64,000 bases of DNA, from positions 512,001 through 576,000 of the forward strand of contig CBDCXM010000009.1 of the NCBI GenBank assembly GCA_965223855.1. Direction: 5' to 3'. Origin of the DNA: Candidatus Multivoradales bacterium. GTDB lineage: Bacteria > Acidobacteriota > Thermoanaerobaculia > Multivoradales > JAHEKO01. The notes under the pieces are model-generated. The model was not told the origin of the DNA. It worked only from the letters and a program-made list of their open reading frames with translations, and ran no database searches. Made by a program: the position numbers and the translations under genes. Of the stretch, positions 9,238-17,571 are shown one piece after another; the stretch's first letter is position 1, and the number at the start of each line of letters is the position of its first letter.

Positions 9238-10968
9238 GTGCGCTCGAGAGTCCTGTTGTTCCTGCTGCTGCCGGCGTTCCTCACACCGGCCCTGCTCGCA
9301 GAAGTGGAAGCCGGGAGCACCGGGAGGGCGCCGATGTTGTGGGCCGACGAGGTCGCCTGGAAGGTCGGAGACGATCCCGCCTGGGCCTCTCCCGGCTTCG
9401 ACGATCGCGGCTGGCGGCGCAGCCCCTACGAGGACCTCGCCGGCCAGGAGTCGCTCTTCTGGATGCGAACCCGGTTCTCGCTCGGCCCGAGCCACGCCGC
9501 CGGCGTCGAGCCGCTGGCGATCTGGTTCTCCGGCATGGCGACCTGCGACTTCTACTGGGACGGCGTCGCCGTCGAGTTCGAGGGCACTCCAGGCGCCGAC
9601 GCCGAGGCAGAGGTCCCGGGCCCCATCGACGGCCGCGCCTACCTGGCGACGACGCTGGCAACCGAAGGAGAGCACCTGCTCGCCGCGCGTTGCTCGACCG
9701 CACACCGCCAGATCGAGCCGACCACCGGCTTCTACCTGCTGGGTGTCGGGCCCTACGTCCGGCTTCTCGAAGCGGTGCGAGGCTACTCGTGGAAGGCGAT
9801 GGCGAGCCTGACCGCCAAGCTCGTGGCCTTCGTCTACTTCCTCGTTCTGTTCTTCCTCGGCCGCCGCCGTGCGGCACTCTGGCTCAGCCTGCTCAGCCTC
9901 GCGGCTGCCGCCCTGCTGATCGCCGAGGCGTGGCGGTCGCTGATCGGCTACAGCTACGACTGGCACATTCCCCGGCTGGTCGTCATCCACCTGCTGGCCT
10001 GGCTGTGCAACGCCGCCCTGCTTCTCTACTTTCTGGAGCAGTTCCCCGCCCGCCGCCGCTGGTGGGTGGCCGGCGCGGCCCTCGCTGCGAGCCTCGCCGT
10101 CCCCTTCGCCGTCCGACCGTTCGACGGCCGCGTGGCGACCACCTTCCTCCTCGGCCTCGTGGTTTGCTTCCTGTGGGGGATCGGGGCGATCCGCCGGCGG
10201 GCACCGGCCGCCCGCCTGGCGACCGGCGGCGTCGCACTCGCCCTCGCCGTCCTCGCCATCGATCCGATGCGCTTCCTCGATCTGCGGATCTTCTACGTCC
10301 TCGACGCCCTGCTCGTGTTGCTGCTGATCGCCCGGGCGCGGGAGAGCCGGCGCGAACGGGACGCCCTGGAGGCGGAGCGCCTGCGATCGACGCGCCTCGA
10401 ACTCGAACTCGTCAAGAAGAGCATCCAGCCGCACTTCCTGATGAACACCCTGACGGCGCTCTCCGAGTGGTTCGAGCGTGAACCTGCCGTCGCCGGAGAG
10501 GCGATCGAGGCGCTCGCGCGCGAGATGCGGCTGCTCGGCGATCTCGCCGAACGACGCACCGTGCCGCTCGCGCGGGAACTCGAACTGTGCCGCGCTCATC
10601 TCGCGGTGATGAGCCTGCGGCGCGGCACCCGCTACGAGCTTCGGGTCTCCGGCGTCGACGACGACGCTCCCTGCCCGCCCGGGATCGTCCACACCATGGT
10701 CGAGAACGCCGTCACCCACGGTGCGGCGACTCAGGGCGGGCGAATCGAGGTGGAACTCGAAAGCCGGGTCGAGGACGGGAAGCTCCACTACCGGCTGAGC
10801 TCCCCTCTGGGCTCCGTGACCGAGCCGTCGCGCGGCGAAGGCACCGGCCTGCGCTACATCCGGACGCGGCTCGAGGAGGCGTTCGGCAACGCCTTCGACT
10901 TCTCCGCACAGCGGCAGGGAGAGCAGTGGGTCAACGAGTGGACCGTGCCGGCGGAAGAACCGGGATGA
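9238..10968 (+). CDS. LytS/YehU-family sensor histidine kinase with extracellular N-terminal domain and multiple TM helices
   Basis: IQPHFLMNTL H-box, VENAVTHG, GTGLRYI. Confidence 0.85.
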   Translation: MRSRVLLFLLLPAFLTPALLAEVEAGSTGRAPMLWADEVAWKVGDDPAWASPGFDDRGWRRSPYEDLAGQESLFWMRTRFSLGPSHAAGVEPLAIWFSGMATCDFYWDGVAVEFEGTPGADAEAEVPGPIDGRAYLATTLATEGEHLLAARCSTAHRQIEPTTGFYLLGVGPYVRLLEAVRGYSWKAMASLTAKLVAFVYFLVLFFLGRRRAALWLSLLSLAAAALLIAEAWRSLIGYSYDWHIPRLVVIHLLAWLCNAALLLYFLEQFPARRRWWVAGAALAASLAVPFAVRPFDGRVATTFLLGLVVCFLWGIGAIRRRAPAARLATGGVALALAVLAIDPMRFLDLRIFYVLDALLVLLLIARARESRRERDALEAERLRSTRLELELVKKSIQPHFLMNTLTALSEWFEREPAVAGEAIEALAREMRLLGDLAERRTVPLARELELCRAHLAVMSLRRGTRYELRVSGVDDDAPCPPGIVHTMVENAVTHGAATQGGRIEVELESRVEDGKLHYRLSSPLGSVTEPSRGEGTGLRYIRTRLEEAFGNAFDFSAQRQGEQWVNEWTVPAEEPG

Positions 10969-11675
10969 AAGCCGGGATGAGAGTCGCGATCGTCGAAGAC
11001 GAGGCGATCGTCGCTCAGAGGCTCGAGCGGATGGTCGCCGAGGTGCTCGACTCGCACCTCGAGCGGCTCGACCTCCTCCCCTCGCTCGAGGAGGCGCGCC
11101 GCCATCTCGAGACGCACCCGATCGACCTGCTGTTCCTCGACCTCAACCTCAACGGCAGCGACGGCTTCTCGTTGCTGCACGAAGCGATGGCGGGCGCGTT
11201 CGCCACCATCGTCGTCTCGGCTCACGAAGAGGAGGCGATGCAGGCGTTCGAGCTCGGTGTCACCGACTTCGTCCCCAAGCCGTTCTCGGCTGCGCGGGTC
11301 GCTCAGGCAATCCGCCGGGTGGAAGAGCGAAGCTCCGATCGCGGCCGCGAAACCCGACGACTCGCCATTCGCAAGGTCGGCGGCATCACCCTGGTCGAGG
11401 TGTCTCGGATTCGCTACATCCGCGGTGCCGACGACTACTCGGCCCTCCACCTCGAAGGCGACGCGACCGAACTGCACGAGAAGAGCCTCTCCGCACTCGA
11501 GCTCTGCCTGCCGCAACGCTTCGCCCGCTGCCACCGCTCCCACCTCGTCGATCTCGACCGGGTGCGGGAGTTCAGGAGCCTCGGTGCGGGCCGCTACCAG
11601 CTGGTGCTCGACGACGGCACCGAGCTGCCGGTCGCCCGCAGGCGGGTAGCGGAGCTCCGGCGGAAGCTGGTGTGA
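10965..11675 (+). CDS. LytTR-family response regulator
   Basis: IVEDE, LLFLD, FVPKP receiver domain plus RCHRSHLV LytTR domain; ATGA overlap with the kinase. Confidence 0.9.
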   Translation: MKAGMRVAIVEDEAIVAQRLERMVAEVLDSHLERLDLLPSLEEARRHLETHPIDLLFLDLNLNGSDGFSLLHEAMAGAFATIVVSAHEEEAMQAFELGVTDFVPKPFSAARVAQAIRRVEERSSDRGRETRRLAIRKVGGITLVEVSRIRYIRGADDYSALHLEGDATELHEKSLSALELCLPQRFARCHRSHLVDLDRVREFRSLGAGRYQLVLDDGTELPVARRRVAELRRKLV

Positions 11676-11905
11676 GCGAGGGCAACGAGATTCCAGTCTC
11701 GAAACGCGGCCTTGGCTAGCCCCCTTCCCTTGCGGACCCGCCCAGGGTTCCAGCCCAGAAGTCGGCCCAGCGCATCAGGTAGGACTCGTAGTCGAGAGCC
11801 TTGTCGCAGCTCTACTTCGGCACTGTGGGGTGACGAGACCCGGAGCCCCCGGCCGCCCCTCGGGCTCAGGGACGTGCACCCCTTGCTATGCTTCTCCCCG
11901 AACCG

Positions 11906-13129
11906 ATGAGACCGATCCGCTACGCCGCATGTCTGCTGGGGTTCGTGATCGCGCCTGCGGCCGCCGACCAGGTCCCGGTTGGCGAGCCCTTCCTGATCGC
12001 CCAGTTCGAACAGGGACAGCTGCGACTGCTGGACGCCGCCTCGGAGGGAGACGGAACGTTCGTCGTGGTCTGGTCCACGACGGCAACCGCCGACAACGAC
12101 AGCGTCGTCCAGGGACGTCGCCTTACCGACCGCGGTGCCGCGCTCACCGACGTGTTTGCCATCAGTGAAGACACGACCGGCAGTCGTTGGACGCTGGAAG
12201 TGGCGACCGACGCCGCGGGCAACTTCGTCGTCGCCTGGGCCAGCAGCCAGACCGGCGAGCACGCGGTCTTCGCGCGCCGGTTCGAGGCCGATGCAACTCC
12301 TCTCGGCGGCGAGTTCCAGGTCAACACGGCAACGATCGCCAACCTGGCTGGACCGACCGTGAGCAGCAACGCTGCCGGAGACGTCGTCGTCGCCTGGGGA
12401 GGCTTCTCGGACGGCGTCCTCGCGACGGTGTTCGATTCCGCAGGCTCCACCACCGTTCCTGAGTTTCTGGTCAACGACCCGACCACGCCTCCCGGAGCCT
12501 CCTTTCTCGACGTCTCCGCTGGAATCGCCTCCGATCGCTCCTTCACAGTGGGTTGGGGCAGCCAGTTCCTCGGCGAGTCCGGCACGGACTCACAGCTGTT
12601 TCAACGCCGCTTCTCCGACACCGGCGTCCCCCTCGGCCCTGCGGTTCAGATCTCGGATGCGGGAGACGACGGCAACTTCGCATCCGCTCTGGACTCCGAC
12701 ATCGACCGCCACGACGAGTTTCTCGTCGTCTGGCACGAGCAACTCAACCTCGCCTTCGGCGCGGTCATGGGCCGCAAGACCGACACCTCCGGCACGCTCG
12801 GCCCGGCGAAGGTTCTTCATCCCGTCAGCGAAGGCCACTCTTTCTCGATGGCCGATACCGGCGAGTTCGTCGTCGTCTCGCAGAGCTACTACGCCAACCC
12901 GCCCTACAGCGGCGCCGTCTTCGACCGCGAAGGCGACCCGATCCGTACCTTCACCCTTCCGGCGGAACGCCTCGGAACCATCGTCGTCACCCGCACTCGC
13001 CCCTCGACGTACGTCCGATTGACCACCGACGACGAAGACAATCTGATCGGACAACTGTTCGTCGATCGCTTCTTCGCGGACGGATTCGAGAGCGGGGATA
13101 CGGGACAGTGGCCGGTGGTGGTGCCGTAG
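11906..13129 (+). CDS. Secreted repeat protein with C-terminal FADGFESGD motif
   Basis: Signal peptide MRPIRYAACLLGFVIAPAAA, repeated GxFVVxW and EFQVN units; extended -10 TGCTATGCT at 11884-11892. Confidence 0.75.
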   Translation: MRPIRYAACLLGFVIAPAAADQVPVGEPFLIAQFEQGQLRLLDAASEGDGTFVVVWSTTATADNDSVVQGRRLTDRGAALTDVFAISEDTTGSRWTLEVATDAAGNFVVAWASSQTGEHAVFARRFEADATPLGGEFQVNTATIANLAGPTVSSNAAGDVVVAWGGFSDGVLATVFDSAGSTTVPEFLVNDPTTPPGASFLDVSAGIASDRSFTVGWGSQFLGESGTDSQLFQRRFSDTGVPLGPAVQISDAGDDGNFASALDSDIDRHDEFLVVWHEQLNLAFGAVMGRKTDTSGTLGPAKVLHPVSEGHSFSMADTGEFVVVSQSYYANPPYSGAVFDREGDPIRTFTLPAERLGTIVVTRTRPSTYVRLTTDDEDNLIGQLFVDRFFADGFESGDTGQWPVVVP

Positions 13130-13143
13130 GGGACCGGTGGACC

Positions 13144-13614
13144 CCCCGAGGAAGAGGTTCCCCGAGGAAGAGGTTCCGGGTGATTGGTCAGGAGCCGGCA
13201 CTCGACGATCCGAACCCGGCTTGGATCGCCTCTTGTCGCCGTGCGCCACTCTTCGATCGCGCGGTTCACTCGCCTCTCGACCGGTGAAGCGCTGACGCGA
13301 AGGGCCTTGAAGACCCCCGAGAAGAGGTTCCGGGTGATTGGTCAGGAGCCGGCACTCGACGATCCGAACCCGGCTTGGATCGCCTCTTGTCGCCGCGCGC
13401 CACTCTGCGATCGGGCGGTTCACTCGCCTCTCGACCGGTGAAGCGCTGACGCGAAGGGCCCCCGAGAAGAGGTTCCGGGTGATTGGTCAGGAGCCGGCTC
13501 TCGACAATCCGAACCCGGCTTGGATCGCTTCTTGTCGCCGCGCACCACTCTTCGATCGCGCGGTTCACTCGCCTCTCGACCGGTGAAGCGCTGACGCGAA
13601 GGGCCTTCAAGACC
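13144..13614. repeat. Tandem array: 16-bp unit plus three ~145-155 bp units
   Basis: Units start at 13144, 13160, 13315 and 13460, each with CCCCGAG(G)AAGAGGTT; the long units differ by only a few substitutions. Confidence 0.95.
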
Positions 13615-13702
13615 GTCTCGCTCGTTCTCGGGAGTCCGGGCGCATAGAGGCATCTACGACCCCGGTGGGCGTTGAGAACAGCACACGCTGAGGGCTCTTC
13701 GT

Positions 13703-14617
13703 CTACCCGGCGCGCGCTTTCACCGGCAGGTAGCACGGTGGGCGGAAGCAGCCTTCGGGAAAGCAGACCTCTCGGCCTCTGCGAAGCTTCTCCGAAGCCG
13801 CCCGATACTCGACCAAGAACCATCGGTACGCTTCTTCCATCGCCCGACGGACCTTGCCGTCACAGGCATGGAATCTCGGCGCGGGCGTGCGCTCGAAGTG
13901 CTCAGGCCGGTCGTGAGGATCCTGCGCCAGGATCGCCTTGCGACCCAGCACCGGTCTGCCGGTCTTCTCGTGCGCCTTCTCGATGGCCCTGACCATCTCG
14001 CGGACTCGTTTGCGGTACTCGGCTTTGTCGAGGTGCTCCCAGCAAGGGATCGGAGTCAGCTCTAGACGATGCTTGGAGGCGAAGCGTGCCGGAGGATTCG
14101 CCTCTCCGCGGCGGGACGCTCGATACTGCTCCGAACGGTCGATCCACTCGCCTTCCATCGTCTCTCCCGAGAGAAGCGCATGCGTACTCGTCGCTCCAGG
14201 CCAGTGGCGCGGTGAAGCAACGAGTCGCTCCTTGACGCCCTGCTCGAGGAGATAGCGGAGTCGCCGAACGTGATCCTCAGGCGTTTCGCTGACGACGACA
14301 TCCGTGTAGCGACGGCCCCAGAAACGCTCCCTCCAGTCGTGCAGCCTTCCGATCTCGCGCGCGACATTGGAATTGACGTAGGCCATGAAGCTGGCCATCT
14401 GCTGAACGTCGGTAGGCCTCAGGAGCAGGTGAGCGTGGTTCGACAGGTAGACGAAGCCGCAGACCCGCATCCCGGTTCTCTCCTGAGCGCGCGCGAGAAT
14501 CCCGACGACGCGGTCGCGCACCTTGGCTGAGGGTCGCAACAGATAGCGGCCCTGTTGGGTCCGGACCGTGATCTCGACCAGCGACTCTTCCGGCAGGTAG
14601 CGAAGCTTCCTAGACAT
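13703..14617 (-). CDS. rayT: REP-associated tyrosine transposase-like protein (Y1 HUH) with C-terminal extension
   Basis: SNHAHLL (HUH), FWGRRY, RYLLEQGVKERLV (catalytic Tyr), WPGATS. Confidence 0.85.
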   Translation of the reverse strand: MSRKLRYLPEESLVEITVRTQQGRYLLRPSAKVRDRVVGILARAQERTGMRVCGFVYLSNHAHLLLRPTDVQQMASFMAYVNSNVAREIGRLHDWRERFWGRRYTDVVVSETPEDHVRRLRYLLEQGVKERLVASPRHWPGATSTHALLSGETMEGEWIDRSEQYRASRRGEANPPARFASKHRLELTPIPCWEHLDKAEYRKRVREMVRAIEKAHEKTGRPVLGRKAILAQDPHDRPEHFERTPAPRFHACDGKVRRAMEEAYRWFLVEYRAASEKLRRGREVCFPEGCFRPPCYLPVKARAG

Positions 14618-14660
14618 TCCATGGAGAAGGACGCGACCGAGGCGGAGAATCTTGCACTAT

Positions 14661-14712
14661 TCACCCGGCACCTCCTCTCGGGGCACCTCCTCTCGGGCAC
14701 CTCCTCTCGGGG
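14661..14712. repeat. Three tandem CACCTCCTCTCGGG(G) units forming the right terminus
   Basis: Copies at 14669-14683, 14684-14697 and 14698-14712. Confidence 0.95.
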
Positions 14713-15999
14713 CTGCTCGTCCGTGTCACACGGACCGTTGTTCTGGGAGGGCCGGCTGCCGATCATGCCTCAGGGCAGAGCCTGGCCCAGACACTGGTAG
14801 CACCGCCACCAGTAACTCCTGATGAGCCCTTGGCCCTAGCCGAGATCGGTGCAGTCCCTGAAGGCAGGATGGGCGACTCTGCACTCGCCTCTTTGCCGCT
14901 TGGAGTGAAGGAGCCTGACCTCGTCGTCGAGATCTTGGGCTCTCACATCATGGTCAAGGCGCGCAATCAGCAGGCTACGAGTGTCGAATGGTCACCCAAC
15001 GACGAGCTCAGAGAGTACCTTGAGGACAAGTACAAGCAGCTCGCCACACTGGCCAGAGGATCCGAGCGACTCGGACCACTGGAGGCCTCGGTCACAAACA
15101 CAGCAAGAGGCGTCGGCGTCTTCCTGTACCGCCACTTCGCTCCGCCGACATTCAAACAGGCACTCGAGCGGCTGCTCGTCGAGGCACCAGAAGGCGAGCG
15201 GCTGTCGCTTCAGATCTACTCAGACAACCCCCTCCTGCCGTGGGAACTCCTTGTTCCCGAGTTCGAAGCTTCTCCAAGGCGCTACTCGCATCTGTCTCTG
15301 GAGACCGGCATAAGCCGCTGGCACGCGAGGCAGGACGGCCAAGTCATGAGGAGCCCACCTCATAGACTTCAACTCGACGAGATCGTCGTCGTCGCTCCCG
15401 AATACTCCAGCCAGTTGCCTGCTGTGAGGTCGGAAGTCGAGATTCTCCGCGAGTTCGCAACCAACAGCACCCTTCAAGTAGCGACCGAGGTCGCGACCGC
15501 AGCGGCAGCCCTGACTCGGCTGCCCAAAGGCCTCCTCCACTTTGCTGGCCACGGCAGGGTGGTTCGAGGAGATCTCTCGACACCGGCCTATCAGCTGCTC
15601 CTCGATGACGACCAGCAGCTCTCGGTTGACCAATGGCGTGGCTCAACTAGTTCCTCGCTGTCAAGTCCGGCCCTAGTCTTCTTCAACGCCTGCGATGTGG
15701 GGCGTTCAGGGACCTCAGCCAGCGTTGTCGATGGGTGGGCACCAGCGCTCCTAGACGCCGGGGCCAGCGGCTATCTCGGCGCGCTCTGGCCAGTTACCGA
15801 CTCTGCGGCCGGCGCCTTCGCGAGACGCTTCTATGAGACCTTGGCCGAGCAGCTTGAAGGTGGCTCCGCGGCCAATGTGCTAGATGCTGTGGCGGCTGCC
15901 AGAGAGCTCTTCCTTGAAACTGGAGACCCAAGCTACGCCGCCTACGTTTTCTACGGCGACAGCGAACTATCTCTCTCCATCGACGACGGATCAGGCTGA
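14713..15999 (+). pseudogene. CHAT (caspase-HetF) domain protein, probably 5'-truncated
   Basis: LPWELL, LHFAGHG, VFFNAC, GALWPV motifs (His/Cys dyad intact). The frame stays open upstream of TTG 14830 into the RAYT terminus with no evident start or RBS. Visibly lower GC than the flanks. Confidence 0.7.
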
Positions 16000-16153
16000 C
16001 TCCACCCGACCGCCGAAACCCCAGCTTCTGGCACCAGCAGTGGTTCGCTCAGGGGGCGATGTCGCGAAGCTCTGATGCATGGTTGCGTCTGATCATCGCA
16101 CGTAGGAATGGGCGCATGCTGTGCGAGCGCGTCCGTGCACGCTGCCGGCACAT

Positions 16154-16250
16154 GGCTCTGGGACGTGCGCCCCTTGCCATGCTTCCCACCGAACGATGAC
16201 ACCGATCCGTTGCGCCACCTGTCTCCTGGGGTTCAGGATCAGCCCTGCCG
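16154..16250 (+). pseudogene. Degenerate copy of the promoter and signal peptide of the 11906 gene
   Basis: About 84% identical to 11863-11950 by manual alignment; encodes MTPIRCATCLLGF versus MRPIRYAACLLGF. Confidence 0.75.
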
Positions 16251-16252
16251 AT

Positions 16253-16429
16253 ACCCGCCGAGCCGAAGGCGAAAAGGAGCGGTGCGCTCTCTAGCGACCT
16301 CGCCGGACGTGGCACCAACTCACCCCCCAAGATTCGCGTAGCCGCTCAGCGACTCCGTCGCTGAAGCGCTACTCAGAATCCCTTCGGGCGCAACACCCGC
16401 CGAGCCGAAGGCGAGAAGGAGTGGTGCGC
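16253..16429. repeat. tRNA-trailer palindromic element with a 35-bp direct duplication
   Basis: 16253-16287 matches 16395-16429 (33/35); hairpin at 16331-16380; 16376-16395 is an inverted copy of the tRNA 3' end. Confidence 0.8.
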
Positions 16430-16473
16430 CCGAAGGGATTCGAACCCCTGACCTACGGCTCCGGAGGCCGTCG
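16420..16473 (-). repeat. att site (displaced 3' part of tRNA-Arg)
   Basis: Identical to 21663-21716. Confidence 0.95.
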
Positions 16474-16532
16474 TCGGAACACTAGCTTTCACTAGCATTT
16501 TGCTGCTCTCTCGGGAGTTACAGCAAACCGCC

Positions 16533-16552
16533 GGTCAACGTCTCGGTCAACG
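16533..16552. promoter_or_regulatory. Putative integrase arm-type site
   Basis: GGTCAACG-N4-GGTCAACG, 19/20 identical to 21525-21544 at the other end. Confidence 0.7.
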
Positions 16553-16748
16553 TTATCTCGACGCTACCGCCCGTCCACCGATGTTGAGGAATGCTGAGGT
16601 TCATGTCGCGACCGGTCCTGCTAGCAGGGCCAGAACAGGGTCGCGCTACCTGCTCTTGCAGAAATAGCTGGACCAGGAGGCCGAAGCGAGCGGCAGAGAG
16701 CCGTCGAGAATCTGACAGTGAGTGAGCAACGCGGGAGACCCGGCTTTG

Positions 16749-17222
16749 TCACCACGTCAGCTTGCGCTGGCAACCGGCGCATGACTGAGCCCCCTTGCCG
16801 ACGCGGGTGCCACAAGCCGCGCACTCGTGCCAATAGCCGGAGCGAGTCCCCGCAATCAGCAGTGCGATTCCGACCGGCCACAGAACTAGCGGAAGGATGA
16901 TTGTCGCAATGCCCAGCAGTCCACCCAACAGCGCGAGGATGCCGAAAGCCTGCATCGCGCAGCCGCCAGCCGATAGACCAGAGCCTGAGCGTCCGGCTGC
17001 CGCCTGGCTGTTGTAGGCGTCCATGGCCCTCGACGCGACAGCCTTCTGAGCCTCGTCCAAGCTCTCCCACAGCTCCTTGCGGGCGGCTTCGGACGCAGCG
17101 TTGTATCGGCCTACGAAAGACGCCCATTCGTCCGAGAGAGTCAGAGCGCCGCAGTGACGGCACTTCACGGCCTCCGGTTGAATCTCCTCAGCGCAGGACG
17201 GACACTGGCGCAGCTCGGCCAT
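16749..17222 (-). CDS. Zinc-ribbon membrane protein (cargo)
   Basis: N-terminal CPSC..CRHC, two TM helices, C-terminal CAAC..CAGC; GGAGG RBS. Confidence 0.75.
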   Translation of the reverse strand: MAELRQCPSCAEEIQPEAVKCRHCGALTLSDEWASFVGRYNAASEAARKELWESLDEAQKAVASRAMDAYNSQAAAGRSGSGLSAGGCAMQAFGILALLGGLLGIATIILPLVLWPVGIALLIAGTRSGYWHECAACGTRVGKGAQSCAGCQRKLTW

Positions 17223-17390
17223 CAAACCCTCCTTGCAAATGTGACTACCCGAGACTACCTGAGCCGGAGGGGTGCGGCACTCGAGTCTCTGCCGCGTGTG
17301 TCACGGCCGACCGCGCGGGCAGCGCGGTATGTCCATGAGCAGGTCCAAGCATGGGGGAGGGGCCTGAGAACAGGCACGAAACAGGGTCCA

Positions 17391-17530
17391 GCCAGGGGCC
17401 AAGGGGTCAAGCGCCCTTGTTTGAACCCCTTGCCGTTCTCGGCCAGCCGACCTATCAATCATTAGCTGGCTTCTCGCCAAGGGGGTCAAGCTGTGCTGCG
17501 TTGGTCCCCTTGGCACCGTTGAACCCCTTG
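17391..17530. repeat. Iteron-like cluster, putative replication origin of the element
   Basis: CAAGGGG(G)TCAA / TTGAACCCCTTG variants in both orientations around an AT-richer core, just downstream of the helicase. Confidence 0.6.
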
Positions 17531-17571
17531 AATCCTCGGCCGGTAGCCTCAATACCTCCTCATCGCGTCAC

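Larger units (their letters stand above)
13144..14712 (-). mobile_element. RAYT-like (HUH/Y1) element bounded by 23-bp inverted termini with amplified ends
   Basis: Left CCCCGAGAAGAGGTTCCGGGTGA versus right (reverse complement of 14661-14683) CCCCGAGAGGAGGTGCCGGGTGA, 21/23 identical, enclosing an HUH transposase gene. Confidence 0.7.

Noticed and set aside
11676-11860. Protein-like minus-strand fragment (DKALDYESYLMRWADFW)
   Set aside because: No clear start or family motif; cannot be distinguished from chance without a search.
13160-13614. CRISPR array
   Set aside because: Units are ~150 bp and near-identical throughout, with no unique spacers and no cas genes.
13184-13653. Short ORFs within the repeat array
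   Set aside because: They are translations of the repeats on both strands, with no RBS or recognisable motifs.
16422-16473. Additional tRNA-Arg gene
   Set aside because: It lacks the 5' acceptor strand and D-arm; it is the att duplication.
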